Assembly: GCA_900320225.1 (NCBI GenBank)
Contig: ONRL01000015.1
Coordinates: forward strand, 24,383-88,382
Direction: 5' to 3'
Source: an uncultured Lentisphaerota bacterium
GTDB lineage: Bacteria > Verrucomicrobiota > Kiritimatiellia > RFP12 > UBA1067
Length of the DNA stretch: 64,000 nt
Positions 1-10,491 of this stretch are shown piece after piece; within the stretch, counting starts at the first letter, position 1, and every line of letters begins with the position of its first letter. The notes under the pieces are model-generated. The model saw only the letters and a program-made list of their open reading frames with translations. It did not search any database and was not told the origin of the DNA. The translations under genes and the position numbers were made by a program.

Positions 1-28
1 GTCGGCGGCCGAGGAAGCGCAGGACAAG

Positions 29-661
29 ATGGACGCGAAGGTGAAGATCAGCCAGATGCCGAGCATCGGCCCGCAGTCCTTGATCATGGCCCCCGCGCTT
101 TCCGCGCAGGGCGGCCTCCAGCCCATCTCGAAGGGACGGCGGCAGTGGGGCGTGTACGACATGACGTACCGCACTGCGCAGCGTTGGACGGAGGAGCTCA
201 CGGTCAACTGGTATGTGCTCTGCGACACCTCGAAGGCGAAGCAGAAGGACAAGTCGAAGTCCGCGAAGCGCCTGCCGCCGTACGTCTACTACACGCTCGT
301 GACGCGCTATGTCAACATTCCCGAAGGCGACCACCGTTCCTGCGTGTGCCTGCCCCCGTCGTTCATCGAGCGCTACGGCGAGCCGGTGGTGATCACCTGC
401 GAGATCGTGACGAACGACGGCAAGCTGCTCGACGGCGAGACGGTGCTCAGCAACATCGGCAAGCCGTTCGTCGCCGGCAAGTTCACCGAGGAGACGAAGG
501 ACAAGGCCGAATGGTGGGCGAACGATGAAATCATCAACGCGAAAATCCAGAAGGGCCCAGAGAAGGGCGAGGCGTTGATCGAAGTCCGCCAGGGCCTCGT
601 CGACCGTTCCAAGTCCCCGTTCTATCTTGTCAACAACGCCGACTACGAGGCCATCCAGTAG
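29..661 (+). CDS. hypothetical protein; reading frame is open to the window start so the true start may lie upstream
   Basis: 210-aa ORF in the same orientation and directly upstream of the pilM/N-like gene (10-nt spacer); no recognisable motifs. Confidence 0.45.
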   Translation: MDAKVKISQMPSIGPQSLIMAPALSAQGGLQPISKGRRQWGVYDMTYRTAQRWTEELTVNWYVLCDTSKAKQKDKSKSAKRLPPYVYYTLVTRYVNIPEGDHRSCVCLPPSFIERYGEPVVITCEIVTNDGKLLDGETVLSNIGKPFVAGKFTEETKDKAEWWANDEIINAKIQKGPEKGEALIEVRQGLVDRSKSPFYLVNNADYEAIQ

Positions 662-670
662 GTTTAAGAA

Positions 671-2425
671 ATGTCCCGCATCCTCACACTCAACATCGGC
701 GCGTCGAAGGCCACGTTGGCCGAATACGCGCTGAGCGGCAAGCGGAACCTCACGCTCACCGCATACGGCAGCGCCGACCTGCAGACGGTGGACGTGAACG
801 ACGCGTTGTCCATCTCCGCCTCCCTGCCGCCGGTCATCTCGCAGATCATGCGCGAGACGGGCATCCGCCCCGCTCCGCTCGTCGTCTCGCTCGGCGGGCA
901 GATGGTGTTCCCGCGCTTCGCGAAGTTCCCGCCCGTCGGGGACAAGGCCAAGCTGGAACAGCTCGTCAACTACGAGGTCGAACAGAACGTGCCGTTCCCG
1001 ATCGACGAGATCGTCTGCGACCACCAGTTCCTCGGCGTGATGCCGGACGGCGACCAGGCGGCGATGATCGTCGCGGCGAAGCTGGACGGCGTGCGCGCGG
1101 TGACCGATGCGGTCGCCGCCGCCGGCCTGAAGGCGGCCGTCGTGGACGTGTCGCCCCTCGCGGTGCTGAACGCGCTGCATTTTGCGCAGCCTCAGCTCGC
1201 CGGATGCAGCGTGGTGCTGGACATCGGGTCGAAGACGACGAACCTGATTCTCATCGAGGGCGAGAAGATCTACAACCGGTCGATTCCCGTGGCGGGCAAC
1301 ACGATCACCAAGGAAATCGCCCAGACGTTCGGCTGCTCGTTCGAGGAGGCCGAGCAGCTCAAGATCGAGCGCGGCTACGTGGCGCTGGGCGGCGTCATGG
1401 AAGACGAGGACGAGATCACCGACAGGGTGTCGAAGATCATCCGCACGGTGCTCACGCGCCTCCACGCGGAGATTTCCCGCTCCATCAATTTCTACCGTTC
1501 CCAGCAGGGCGGGGCGGCGCCGTCGCGCCTGTTCCTGACGGGCGGGACCGTGCGTCTGCCCCAGCTCGACCAGTTCTTCATGGAGTCGCTCCAGGTCGAC
1601 GTGGAGTACCTCAACCCGTTCACTGCGGTGCGCGTGGGCGGTCGCGTCAACGCGGCCGCGCTGGAAAACGACGCGTTCACGCTCGCCGAGTCGGTGGGCC
1701 TCGCCCTGCGCCAGACGGACGTCTCGGGCTTGATCCGCATCAACCTGATGCCGCCAGAGCTCTTGGCCCAGGCGCGAAACGTCCGCCGCATCCCGTTCCT
1801 CGTGGTAGGCGCGGCCGGGCTGTTGGCGGCGCTCGGACTCGGCATTGTGCTGCAGAACCGCGAACGCGACGCGGTTACGGCCCAGTTGGAATGCGTCCAG
1901 GCGCAGAACGGCGCCCTCGACCAAAAGGAAAAGCAGCTCAAGGCCGCGCAAGGTCGCGAGAAGGCCGAACTGGCCAGTTGCGACGAACTCCAGAAACTCA
2001 TGCGGGGCCGCACGGCCGTGCTCGATCGCGTGCGCGCGGTGCGCAAAAGCCTTCTGCCGGGAATGTGGATCTCCAAGTGGGAACACGTGCCGCCGCAGCA
2101 GGGCGAAGACGAGGAGGAGTCCTTGGAAGGCGTCAAGATTGTCGTCTGCGGATGGAAGGACTCGATGAAGGCCGAACTGAAAAAGTGGAAGGGCCAGCAT
2201 CCGGACGATACGAGCGGCGACGTCGCGACGGTCATCAAGAAGGCGATTGAATCCGTTGGCGGCCTCGTCGCTCCCGCCGAAGAGGGCGCCGACGCGGTGA
2301 CCGTCGACCTCCAGACGGGGCCTTCGCTCGAGGAGATCACGCTGGCGTTCAAGTTCGCGCCGGCCGCGTCGGCCGATCCGAATCCACCTGCCCGGAAAAA
2401 ACAGAAGAGGAGGGGCAGAAAGTGA
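671..2425 (+). CDS. pilM: type IV pilus assembly protein PilM fused to a PilN-like membrane/coiled-coil region
   Basis: N-terminal actin-like ATPase fold typical of PilM (LNIGASKATLAEY...VVLDIGSKTTNLILIEGEKIYNRSIPVAGNTITKEIA...AEQLK). A single TM helix (IPFLVVGAAGLLAALGLGIVL) and long coiled coil follow, as in PilN. Lies upstream of a secretin. Confidence 0.6.
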   Translation: MSRILTLNIGASKATLAEYALSGKRNLTLTAYGSADLQTVDVNDALSISASLPPVISQIMRETGIRPAPLVVSLGGQMVFPRFAKFPPVGDKAKLEQLVNYEVEQNVPFPIDEIVCDHQFLGVMPDGDQAAMIVAAKLDGVRAVTDAVAAAGLKAAVVDVSPLAVLNALHFAQPQLAGCSVVLDIGSKTTNLILIEGEKIYNRSIPVAGNTITKEIAQTFGCSFEEAEQLKIERGYVALGGVMEDEDEITDRVSKIIRTVLTRLHAEISRSINFYRSQQGGAAPSRLFLTGGTVRLPQLDQFFMESLQVDVEYLNPFTAVRVGGRVNAAALENDAFTLAESVGLALRQTDVSGLIRINLMPPELLAQARNVRRIPFLVVGAAGLLAALGLGIVLQNRERDAVTAQLECVQAQNGALDQKEKQLKAAQGREKAELASCDELQKLMRGRTAVLDRVRAVRKSLLPGMWISKWEHVPPQQGEDEEESLEGVKIVVCGWKDSMKAELKKWKGQHPDDTSGDVATVIKKAIESVGGLVAPAEEGADAVTVDLQTGPSLEEITLAFKFAPAASADPNPPARKKQKRRGRK

Positions 2426-3451
2426 GTATGACGAAACAGCAGAAACTCGGCGCGTGCTTCGGCGGCGCGGTCGGCGTAATCGCGCTTGCGCTGGGGTGGT
2501 TCCTCTACAGCGCCTATGCGGAGCATCAGGCGGCCGTGGAAGGTGATGCCGAGGAAGGCACGGAAGGCCTCGTCGGCGCGAAGGAGAAGAACGCCAACTA
2601 CTACGAGAAGAGCAATCCGTTCCCGTCGGCCGAGGCGATCGCCCTCGTCAAGTCGAACGAGATGGCATACGCGGCGTGGAAGGCCGCAGCCATTGATCTG
2701 GCGTCCCGAGGCGACTGCCCGCCGCCCCCCGAGGGACTTGAGCGGACGGTCTTCAAGCAGACGCTCTACGAGCAGGTCACGAAGATGCAGAAGTTGCCGG
2801 GGGGCGCGGTCGGCCGCATCTGCGCGCCCACGTTCCTGTTCGGGTTCGACCAGTACCTGGGCGAAACGGGCGGAACGCCGGAGCAGAAGGATCTTCCGAA
2901 GCTCTATGCGCAGCTTGCCACGATCACGAACGTCGTGGACATCTTCGCCCAGAGCGGCGTGCTGTCTCGCGACGCAGGAAGACGCCGAGGAGGAAAACGC
3001 GCGGAACGTCAAGCAGCGGAACAAGGCCAAAGCAAAGTCCGCCAAGGACGAGTCAGCCGACGAGGCGCCTCGACGTTTTGACTTCCGCTTGGAATATACC
3101 GTACGCGCCTCGGCTTTCGTGAAGGTGCTGAATGGACTGGCGAAGAGCTCGCGTTTCTACGTCGTGAACGATTTCGGGTTTGAGTGCGAGGGCGACTCGC
3201 TCAAGACCCGCCTCGACCGCGCGAAATCCTCCTCGACCGCGGGCGGCGGATCGTCCAGGGGCCGCAGAGGGCGCGAGCGGGAGAAAAAGGAACAGGAGGT
3301 CGCGAGTGGCTTCGTGACAAATCCCGAAACCGATCCGCCTATGCTCGTGCGCATGAAGCTTTCCGTTTATGATTTCGGGAAGGGCCGTGCGCGTGCCGAT
3401 GCCCTGGCGGCGGAAGATACCCCCGCAGTTCCCAAGAAGGAGGGCAAATAA
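2422..3451 (+). CDS. PilO-like membrane protein, apparently frameshifted: N-terminal part in the 2422 frame and C-terminal part in the 2486 frame, switch near 2960-2975
   Basis: N-terminal TM helix (GAVGVIALALGWFLYSAY) in one frame. Conserved-looking C-terminal domain (FDFRLEYTVRASAFVKVLNGLAKSSRFYVVNDFGFE) only in the +1 frame, whose own N-terminus is Arg-rich GC-frame junk. No in-frame start for the C-terminal part. Confidence 0.4.
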
Positions 3452-4626
3452 TGGCGGTCTCCAAGCAGAACTTCATCAAAGACCATTACGACTGGCTCGT
3501 GGCGTTTGTCGGACTTGCCTTGCTGGCGGGCGTCGTGTTCTTGTTCGTCTCCTCGGACAACCTGTCCGAGGAGGATGCCCGCAGCGCCTGCGAGGCCGAG
3601 CTGAAGCAGCGCAAGCCCGTGCACAAAGACGTTGCGGCCGCGGACTTCTCCGTCCTCGACAAGGTGCGGAGCGACATGGAAGCGCCTTCGCTACTCCAGG
3701 TTCCGAGCGACAAGGCGGGGAATTTCCTCGCGAGCGAGTGCCGCGTGTACTGCCAGAATCCCGACGTCGCGGCTTGCCACAAGCCGATTCCGTTTAAGAG
3801 CCAGGAGTGCCCGTACTGTGGGTTCAAGCAGCGGTCGGAAGACGACATGGAAGCCGTGCGCGGAGGCGTCGACGCGGACAATGACGGCATGCCCGACGCC
3901 TGGGAGCTGAAATTCGGACTCAATCCGAACGATCCGGCCGACGCGAAGAAGGACGCCGACGGCGACATGTTCACGAACTTCGAGGAGTACGAGGCGAAGA
4001 CCGATCCGAAGAATCCTGAATCCCATCCCGACTTCCTGGACTTCTTGGCGCTTGCCAGCGACTTGAGGACGGAAGAGCTTCCGTTCATGTTCAAGATGGC
4101 CACCCCCATTCCCAGCGGACATCGCCTCACGTTTGTGGCGACGGCGCGGAACCAGGAGAAGAAGCCTGTCATCGGCGACGCCGTCGTCAAGGGCATGGCG
4201 ACCGCCGAGGTCGGGAAGGAAGTCGTCTTCGAGTTGATGAAGATCAAGTACGTGAAGGGTCGCGCGCAAGACGACAAGGTCAAAACCGGTTGGCGCGTAG
4301 TGAAGTACGACAAGAAAGAAGACCGTGTCCTGAAGCCCGGTACGGAGCAGAAAGTGCTCGTGGACGTCTCCACCGCCGAGCTTGAGCGTATCCGCGACAA
4401 GCGCACGATCACCGTTCAGGTTGGAGTTAGAAAGCCCGTGGCCATCGAGGAGCAGATAGACCTTGTGTGGAATCGGGGCGAGGGCAAGAAGTTTACGGTT
4501 ACGGCGGGAAGTGAGTTCTCCCTCGTGAACCGAAAGTACAAGGTGAAAAAACTTGCCAAGGACGGCAATGCCTGCAAAGTGACCATTGAAGACCTTGGCA
4601 AGAAGACGGAAAAAATCATTCAGTGA
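3451..4626 (+). CDS. membrane-anchored periplasmic protein with a Cys4 zinc-ribbon-like motif and thrombospondin-type-3-like Asp-rich Ca-binding repeats; sits in the PilP position of the cluster
   Basis: TM helix LVAFVGLALLAGVVFLFV; CRVYCQNPDVAACHKP...CPYCG; DADNDGMPDAWELKFGLNPNDPADAKKDADGDMFTNFEEYEAKTDPKNP. ATGA start/stop overlap with the upstream gene. Confidence 0.5.
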   Translation: MAVSKQNFIKDHYDWLVAFVGLALLAGVVFLFVSSDNLSEEDARSACEAELKQRKPVHKDVAAADFSVLDKVRSDMEAPSLLQVPSDKAGNFLASECRVYCQNPDVAACHKPIPFKSQECPYCGFKQRSEDDMEAVRGGVDADNDGMPDAWELKFGLNPNDPADAKKDADGDMFTNFEEYEAKTDPKNPESHPDFLDFLALASDLRTEELPFMFKMATPIPSGHRLTFVATARNQEKKPVIGDAVVKGMATAEVGKEVVFELMKIKYVKGRAQDDKVKTGWRVVKYDKKEDRVLKPGTEQKVLVDVSTAELERIRDKRTITVQVGVRKPVAIEEQIDLVWNRGEGKKFTVTAGSEFSLVNRKYKVKKLAKDGNACKVTIEDLGKKTEKIIQ

Positions 4627-4628
4627 GA

Positions 4629-4661
4629 CTTGATTCTTGGGAAAGAAAAGGGTATTATACT
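4629..4661 (+). promoter_or_regulatory. sigma70-like promoter (TTGATT-17-TATTAT) upstream of the secretin gene, followed by AAGGAG RBS at 4672-4677
   Basis: cttgattcttgggaaagaaaagggtattatact in an AT-rich 60-nt gap within an otherwise 65% GC region. Confidence 0.35.
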
Positions 4662-4685
4662 ACACATCCTTTAAGGAGCAACTAG

Positions 4686-7600
4686 ATGAGAGCCATAAAA
4701 ATCCTTGCGACCGTCTGTGCGGTTTGCGTTTCTTTTGCCCTCGCAACGAGTGTGTTTGCGCAGGACGATCTCGACAATTTGTTGAACGATCTAGAGGGAG
4801 AGGCCAAGAAGAAAGAGGCGAAACCCGCGGAGGTGAAGCCTGCGGAGGCGAAGCCTGCGGAGAAGCCCGCCGAGCCCGCGCCCGTCGCGGAGGCGAAGCC
4901 TGCGGAGAAGCCCGCCGAGCCCGCGCCCGTCGCGGAGGCGAAGCCCGCGGAGAAGCCCGCCGAGCCCGCGCCCGTCGCGGAGGCGAAGCCCGCGGAGAAG
5001 CCCGCCGAGCCCGCGCCCGTCGCGGAGGCGAAGCCCGCATCTGAGGTTGACAACATAATTGATAACCTCGCGCAAGTTCCAGCTAAGGCCGCTCCCGCGC
5101 CCGTCGCGGAAGCGAAGCCCGCGGAGGAGAAGCCGGCCGAACCGGCTCCCGTCGCGGAAGCGAAGCCCGCAGAGGAGAAGCCGGCTGAACCGGCTCCCGT
5201 CGCGGAAGCGAAGCCTGCGGAGGAGAAGCCTGCCGAGCCTGCTCCCGTCGCGGAAGCGAAGCCCGCGGAGGAGGTGACGGAAGAGGCGAAGTTGTTGAGT
5301 GATATCCAGGCGACCGAAGAACTGCGTCGCGACGCGCTGAAGACGCATGCGCTCGGAGAATTGGAAGAGGCTCGCGCGGCGTTGCAGCGGCGCGAGTGGG
5401 ATCTCGCCTACACGAAGTTCAGTTTGGCAAACGTCGGCTTGAAGGGGGATGCGCTGACAGCTCCGTTCTGCAAGGAATGCGAGCAGGGCATGGCGAAGGC
5501 GAAGTATGAGGCGGCCAAACAGGCGCTCAAGGAGTCGAACAGGGAACTCGCTGCGCAGTATGCGGAGGAAGCGTTGAAGCTGGGCCATCCGCACGCGGGG
5601 GCGTTGCTGGACGGATTGAAGTCCGAGCAGACCCAGGAGACGGAGACGGACATCACCGAAATCAAGCATCGTCGCAACGATCCGGATTACAAGAAAGATC
5701 GCGACCTCACGCGCAAGCGCCTGCGCCTGTCGTCCCAATATTTGGCGGTGGCGGATTTGAACAGCGCGCTTGAGCAGTGCGACCTCGTCCTGCGGTCCGA
5801 TCCGTACAACCAGCAGGCCATTGCCCTGCGTTCGCGCATCCAGCGCAAGCGCCAGATGATCATCGACAAGGAACGCGAGGCGACACGCAATGGGATGATT
5901 GCGGACGTTGGCGCGGCGTGGCGCCCCGTTTACGCGGTTGATTCGGTCGAGCTCTCGAACTTGGACGGCGGGACGATGAAGACGCCCATCGGCGGCGATC
6001 CCGAGCGGACGATTGAGCAGTCAATCGAAAAGCGCATGAAAGAGATGGTTCTGCCGTCGATCTCGTTCCGGCCGCCGGCCACGATCATCGACGCGGTTGA
6101 CTACTTCCGCCAGGCGTCGAAGGACTTCGACCGTCCGGAGATCCCCGTTGACCAGCGTGGCTTCAACTTCATCCTTACGCTTGACAAGGCGTTGACGGGA
6201 GGCGAGGCGCCCGCTGAAAACAATGCCGAATCCGCGTTTGGCGCGGCGGCGGAAGACACGGGCAGCGGCGGTGCCGTGCCGCAGATTCCGAGCATCCAGG
6301 CCTCGAACATGAGCCTCTGGGAGGCGATGTACCAGGTCTGCAAGAGCTGTGGCTTCAAGTTCAAGGTGCAGGGGTCTGTCGTGATGGTCATGCCGAAGAA
6401 CATGACAACGGACGAGTTGATCACCCGTTCCTACAACGTGGTCGAGTCGTTCGTGGACCGCATGAACGACGCATCCAGCGGCCTCAAGAACGAGAAGGCC
6501 GGCGACTTCGGCGGCGGTGGCGGCGATTCGGGCGAGGGCAACGACGAGGACGCCTGGAAAAAGTACTTCGAGGAGATGGGCGTGGCGTGGCCGCTGAATT
6601 CCCGCATCAAGTACATCAAGGCCATCGGCAAGCTCCGCGTTACCAACACGGCCGACCAGCTCGCCATCCTCGAACAGGCCCTGAACGAACTGAACGTCAC
6701 CCCGATGCTCATTGAAATCGAGACGCGTTTCGTCGAAGTGGCGCAGGAGGACTTGAACTCCCTCGGTTTCGAATGGCTGCTCAACAGCGATTACTCCTTC
6801 AACGTGGGCGGCAAGCTCAAGAAGGCGCTCAACCTCAAGGACGGCGCGTGGACCCTGAAGGAAGGGCAGGAGACCTTGAGCAGTTATACGCGGGAGATTA
6901 CCACGATACAAGGGAACGGGACGTTTTATGAGATGGACGGGGGTGGAACGACGCCGGTTGCCGTTCCTTCGTCTGATGCGAAGAAGGATACGATCACCGC
7001 GACTTATACAATGAGTCCCGACCAATATGGTTGGTCCAATACTGATGAAAATGGTAGCCGTTACACCCGCTCGAACTGGAACCGCACGGGCAAGAACGTT
7101 GGCATCAACGCCGTCAACGGCACGGACTATTCGTCGGGCATGCGTTATCTCTCCACACAGGACAACCACATTTCCGGCCAGGGGTCGTCGAAGAACGACC
7201 AGTTCATGCGCGTGAACGCGTTCCTCGGCAACGCCGACCTCTCGATGATTCTCCACATGCTCTCGCAGCGCAGCGACACGGACCTCCTCTCCGCGCCGAA
7301 GGTCGTGACGAAGGGTGGCCAGGAGGCGACGATCAAGGTCGTGACGATTTACCGTTACCCGCAGGACTACGACGTGACGATCCAGTCGACCTCTTCGTCT
7401 TCCACGTCGTCTATCACGGGTACCGGCAGCGGCAGCGACGGCAAGATCCTCCCGATGGTGGAACCGCAGAACTTCGAGACGCAGGAAGTGGGCGTGATCC
7501 TCACCTGCACGCCGGATGTTTCGGCGGAAGGCCAGATGATCAACCTCCAGCTCACGCCGAAGGTGATCGGCGAGCCGACGTGGCGCGACTACGGCATGAA

Positions 7601-8006
7601 GGTGCCGATGTCGTCCGTGATGAGCTCCACCGCGCAGATGGCGGCGCTCGCGAGCGGCAACGAGGACATGCAGTGGTTCACGGTGCCGATGGAACAGCCC
7701 TTCTTCAAGGAGCGTTCGATCGACACGCACGTCTCGATCTACAACGGCGCGACGATCGTGATGGGCGGGCTCATCACGGAAGAGCGCAAGTCAATGGAGG
7801 ACAAGATCCCGTTCCTCGGCGACATTCCGTTCGTCGGCCGCTTCTTCCGCAGCCGCAGCGAGTGGTCGAACAAGCGCAACCTGTTGATCTTCGTCACGGC
7901 GCGCCTTGTGGATCCGCGCGGTCGCCAGATTACCCTCGGCACGGGGGACGACACCGGTGCGACGGAGCAGCCGGAAGCCGGCGTGACGCCCGCCCCTGCG
8001 AAGTGA
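4686..8006 (+). CDS. pilQ: type IV pilus/type II secretion secretin (PilQ/GspD family) with signal peptide and a long Ala/Pro/Glu/Lys tandem-repeat N-terminal region
   Basis: Signal peptide MRAIKILATVCAVCVSFALATSVFAQ. C-terminal secretin domain (LSAPKVVTKGGQEATIKV...ILTCTPDVSAEGQMINLQLTPKV...GGLITEERKSMEDKIPFLGDIPFVGRFFRSRSEWSNKRNLLIFVTARLV). Confidence 0.8.
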   Translation: MRAIKILATVCAVCVSFALATSVFAQDDLDNLLNDLEGEAKKKEAKPAEVKPAEAKPAEKPAEPAPVAEAKPAEKPAEPAPVAEAKPAEKPAEPAPVAEAKPAEKPAEPAPVAEAKPASEVDNIIDNLAQVPAKAAPAPVAEAKPAEEKPAEPAPVAEAKPAEEKPAEPAPVAEAKPAEEKPAEPAPVAEAKPAEEVTEEAKLLSDIQATEELRRDALKTHALGELEEARAALQRREWDLAYTKFSLANVGLKGDALTAPFCKECEQGMAKAKYEAAKQALKESNRELAAQYAEEALKLGHPHAGALLDGLKSEQTQETETDITEIKHRRNDPDYKKDRDLTRKRLRLSSQYLAVADLNSALEQCDLVLRSDPYNQQAIALRSRIQRKRQMIIDKEREATRNGMIADVGAAWRPVYAVDSVELSNLDGGTMKTPIGGDPERTIEQSIEKRMKEMVLPSISFRPPATIIDAVDYFRQASKDFDRPEIPVDQRGFNFILTLDKALTGGEAPAENNAESAFGAAAEDTGSGGAVPQIPSIQASNMSLWEAMYQVCKSCGFKFKVQGSVVMVMPKNMTTDELITRSYNVVESFVDRMNDASSGLKNEKAGDFGGGGGDSGEGNDEDAWKKYFEEMGVAWPLNSRIKYIKAIGKLRVTNTADQLAILEQALNELNVTPMLIEIETRFVEVAQEDLNSLGFEWLLNSDYSFNVGGKLKKALNLKDGAWTLKEGQETLSSYTREITTIQGNGTFYEMDGGGTTPVAVPSSDAKKDTITATYTMSPDQYGWSNTDENGSRYTRSNWNRTGKNVGINAVNGTDYSSGMRYLSTQDNHISGQGSSKNDQFMRVNAFLGNADLSMILHMLSQRSDTDLLSAPKVVTKGGQEATIKVVTIYRYPQDYDVTIQSTSSSSTSSITGTGSGSDGKILPMVEPQNFETQEVGVILTCTPDVSAEGQMINLQLTPKVIGEPTWRDYGMKVPMSSVMSSTAQMAALASGNEDMQWFTVPMEQPFFKERSIDTHVSIYNGATIVMGGLITEERKSMEDKIPFLGDIPFVGRFFRSRSEWSNKRNLLIFVTARLVDPRGRQITLGTGDDTGATEQPEAGVTPAPAK
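4846..5275 (+). repeat. coding tandem repeats: ~4 x 45 nt (AEAKPAEKPAEPAPV) then ~4 x 48 nt (AEAKPAEEKPAEPAPV) inside the secretin N-terminus
   Basis: near-identical DNA units gcggaggcgaagcctgcggagaagcccgccgagcccgcgcccgtc and gcggaagcgaagcccgcagaggagaagccggctgaaccggctcccgtc. Confidence 0.9.
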
Positions 8007-8009
8007 CGC

Positions 8010-8633
8010 ATGATGAAGATTGCCTTGACAGGCGGCATCGCCTGCGGCAAGAGCCTGTTTGCCAAGTTCCTTCGGGAACTTGGCATTCATGTTCTTGACG
8101 CTGACGACGTCGTCCATGAACTCGAAGCGCCCGGTGGCGCAGCCGTGTCGGCCATCGTTGCGCGCTTCGGCTCGGATGTCCTCGCGCCTGATGGCGGGAT
8201 CGACCGCGCGGCATTGGCCGCGCGCGTTTTTTCGGATCCTGCCGCCCGCGTCGACCTCGAGGCAATTGTTTTCCCATTGGTGCGTTCGCGCCTTCGGGAA
8301 AGCGGCACTCCTGCCGCTTCTCCTTCTCCCTCCTTCACCATTCACGTAATTCCTCTCCTTTTTGAGTCGCATTGGGAATCGGATTATGATATACTTCTCT
8401 GCATCGCCTCCCCGGTGGATTTGCAAATCAGCCGGATGATGCAGTCACGCGGTTATTCGCGTGCGCACGCGGAGGCACGTCTCGCGGCTCAATGGCCCGT
8501 GTCCGAAAAAGCGGCTCGATGCCATTACACCGTGATGAACGACTCCACACCCGAACACCTGAGGGACGAAGCCCAACGGCTCGTTGCCTGGTTGAAGGAG
8601 CAAATAGAGAATGAGTGCAGAAGAAAAGAATGA
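8010..8633 (+). CDS. coaE: dephospho-CoA kinase
   Basis: P-loop [20 protein letters not shown] motif; ~200 aa. Contains an in-frame palindromic insert (see repeat 8296-8330). Confidence 0.85.
   Translation: MMKIALTGGIACGKSLFAKFLRELGIHVLDADDVVHELEAPGGAAVSAIVARFGSDVLAPDGGIDRAALAARVFSDPAARVDLEAIVFPLVRSRLRESGTPAASPSPSFTIHVIPLLFESHWESDYDILLCIASPVDLQISRMMQSRGYSRAHAEARLAAQWPVSEKAARCHYTVMNDSTPEHLRDEAQRLVAWLKEQIENECRRKE
8296..8330 (+). repeat. family-B palindromic element (GAAAGCGGCActccTGCCGCTTC) inserted in frame within coaE (encodes [12 protein letters not shown])
   Basis: same palindrome occurs intergenically at 41895-41925 and 46994-47025. Confidence 0.7.
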
Positions 8634-10491
8634 TCAGACCGCAGCGGAAGCCGCCGTGTCCACCGCAGGGAAAACCGCGAAGAAGGTTGCGACGACCAAG
8701 AAGAAACGTGGCCGTCCCACAAAGGCGGAGTTGGCTGCGCGTGCGGCGGGGACGCCTTCGCCCTCGTTGGAGAGCCCTCAACCGACAGCAAGTGTGCCGC
8801 CACAAGAATCCGCACCGGCTCCAACGGAGACAACGGGCACCCCGCCCGCTGCGGCCGCGACACGCGCGGCCTCGCCGGAGACCGCTCAACCGGCAGCAAG
8901 CGTACAACCGAAAGAATCCGTGCCGGCTTCGACTGAGACAACGGGCACCCCGCCCGCTGCGGCCGCGACAAGCGAGGCTCTCCCAAAAGTTTCTGCGCCT
9001 GCACAACCCACCGTTTCGCCTCCTGGCGAACAGCCGATGAGCAATCGGCAGCGGCGTCGTATGGAATGGCTTGCGCGCGCCGCGCAGCGTAACGGGAACC
9101 GGCCGAACTTCAAGGGCGGCAAGCATGTCCAGATGTTGCCGCAGGGCAACCGACGCCCGGCCTTTGAGGTTCCGCAGAATCTTCCGCCCCCCGTTCCCGC
9201 CGTGCCGCGCAACCCCGACTTGCCGGAGTACAACCTTCAGGACATCCATTCCTGGGACAACGGCGAGATCGTCGCGAAGATGTGGCCGGACGCGAACCCC
9301 GAGGACCTCGGCGCGATGAAGCGCCACGAAATCATCTTCGGTGCGATCCGCAGCTATCTCAACCGCGGCGGCGCCGTAATGGCCACGGGCTGCCTGGAAG
9401 TAGTGAAGGAAGGCTACGGCTTCCTCCGCAGCGCGAAGACGAACTTCCTCGCCTGCCCCGAAGACGTGTTCATCCCTCAGCAGCAGATCCGCCGCCACGC
9501 GCTCCGCACGGGCGACACCGTGGTGGGCCCGATCCGCGACCCGCGCGACAAGGACCGTTTCTTCGCGCTCGGCAACGTCGTGTCGGTGAACGGCAAGACG
9601 CCCAGCGAGGCGGCGCGAATCGTCCACTTCGAAAACCTCGTGCCGACATTCCCCACGCGCCGCATCATCCTTGAGACGACGCCGGGTGAATTCTCGATGC
9701 GCGTGGTCGATCTCTTTACGCCAATCGGCTTCGGGCAGCGCGGTCTCATCGTCGCGCCGCCGCGCGTCGGCAAGACGGTCCTTCTGCAGAAGATGGCGAA
9801 CGCCATCACGAAGAACCATCCTGACGCCGTCCTCATCGTGCTGCTCATCGACGAGCGTCCCGAGGAAGTGACGGACATGCAGCGCAACACGAAGGCGATG
9901 GTCCTCTCCTCCACGTTCGACGAGGAGCCGCAGCACCACGTGAACGTGGCGGAGATGGTGATCGAGATGTCGCGCCGCCAGGTGGAGAACGGCAAGGACG
10001 TGGTGATCTTGCTCGACTCTATCACGCGCCTCGCCCGCGCCTATAACACGGTGCAGCCGCACTCAGGCAAGATTCTCACCGGCGGCGTGGACGCCCTTGC
10101 CCTGCACCGTCCGAAGCGCTTCTTCGGCGCGGCGCGCAACATCGAGGGCGGCGGTTCGCTCACGATCATCGCCACCGGCCTGGTGGACACCGGTTCGCGT
10201 ATGGACGAGGTGATCTTCGAGGAGTTCAAGGGTACGGGCAACATGGAGTTGTGCCTCGACCGGGGCCTCGCCGACCGGCGCATCTTCCCGGCGATCGACA
10301 TCGACAAGTCCGGCACGCGCAAGGAGGATCTCCTGCTCGCGCCGCTGGAGCTGGAGAAGACCTGGGCGTTGCGCCGCGCGTTGTCCGACGCCGGTCCCGA
10401 ACGTGCCATGCAGACCGTGCTCGCCGGCATGAAGAAGTACAAGTCCAACCCCGAGTTCCTCCTTTCAATTGACACGAAGAACATCTACTAA
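8611..10491 (+). CDS. rho: transcription termination factor Rho with ~200-aa low-complexity N-terminal extension
   Basis: C-terminal RecA-like Rho core ([50 protein letters not shown]...DERPEEV). The Pro/Ala/Thr-rich N-terminus contains a ~105-nt direct duplication (8776-8990). Confidence 0.9.
   Translation: MSAEEKNDQTAAEAAVSTAGKTAKKVATTKKKRGRPTKAELAARAAGTPSPSLESPQPTASVPPQESAPAPTETTGTPPAAAATRAASPETAQPAASVQPKESVPASTETTGTPPAAAATSEALPKVSAPAQPTVSPPGEQPMSNRQRRRMEWLARAAQRNGNRPNFKGGKHVQMLPQGNRRPAFEVPQNLPPPVPAVPRNPDLPEYNLQDIHSWDNGEIVAKMWPDANPEDLGAMKRHEIIFGAIRSYLNRGGAVMATGCLEVVKEGYGFLRSAKTNFLACPEDVFIPQQQIRRHALRTGDTVVGPIRDPRDKDRFFALGNVVSVNGKTPSEAARIVHFENLVPTFPTRRIILETTPGEFSMRVVDLFTPIGFGQRGLIVAPPRVGKTVLLQKMANAITKNHPDAVLIVLLIDERPEEVTDMQRNTKAMVLSSTFDEEPQHHVNVAEMVIEMSRRQVENGKDVVILLDSITRLARAYNTVQPHSGKILTGGVDALALHRPKRFFGAARNIEGGGSLTIIATGLVDTGSRMDEVIFEEFKGTGNMELCLDRGLADRRIFPAIDIDKSGTRKEDLLLAPLELEKTWALRRALSDAGPERAMQTVLAGMKKYKSNPEFLLSIDTKNIY

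Noticed and set aside
2486-2950. N-terminal 150 aa of ORF 2486-3451 as an independent protein
   Set aside because: This part is Arg/Ser/Pro-rich alternative-frame junk overlapping the pilO-like N-terminus. Only the last ~150 codons look protein-like, so it is treated as the frameshifted C-terminus of the 2422 gene.
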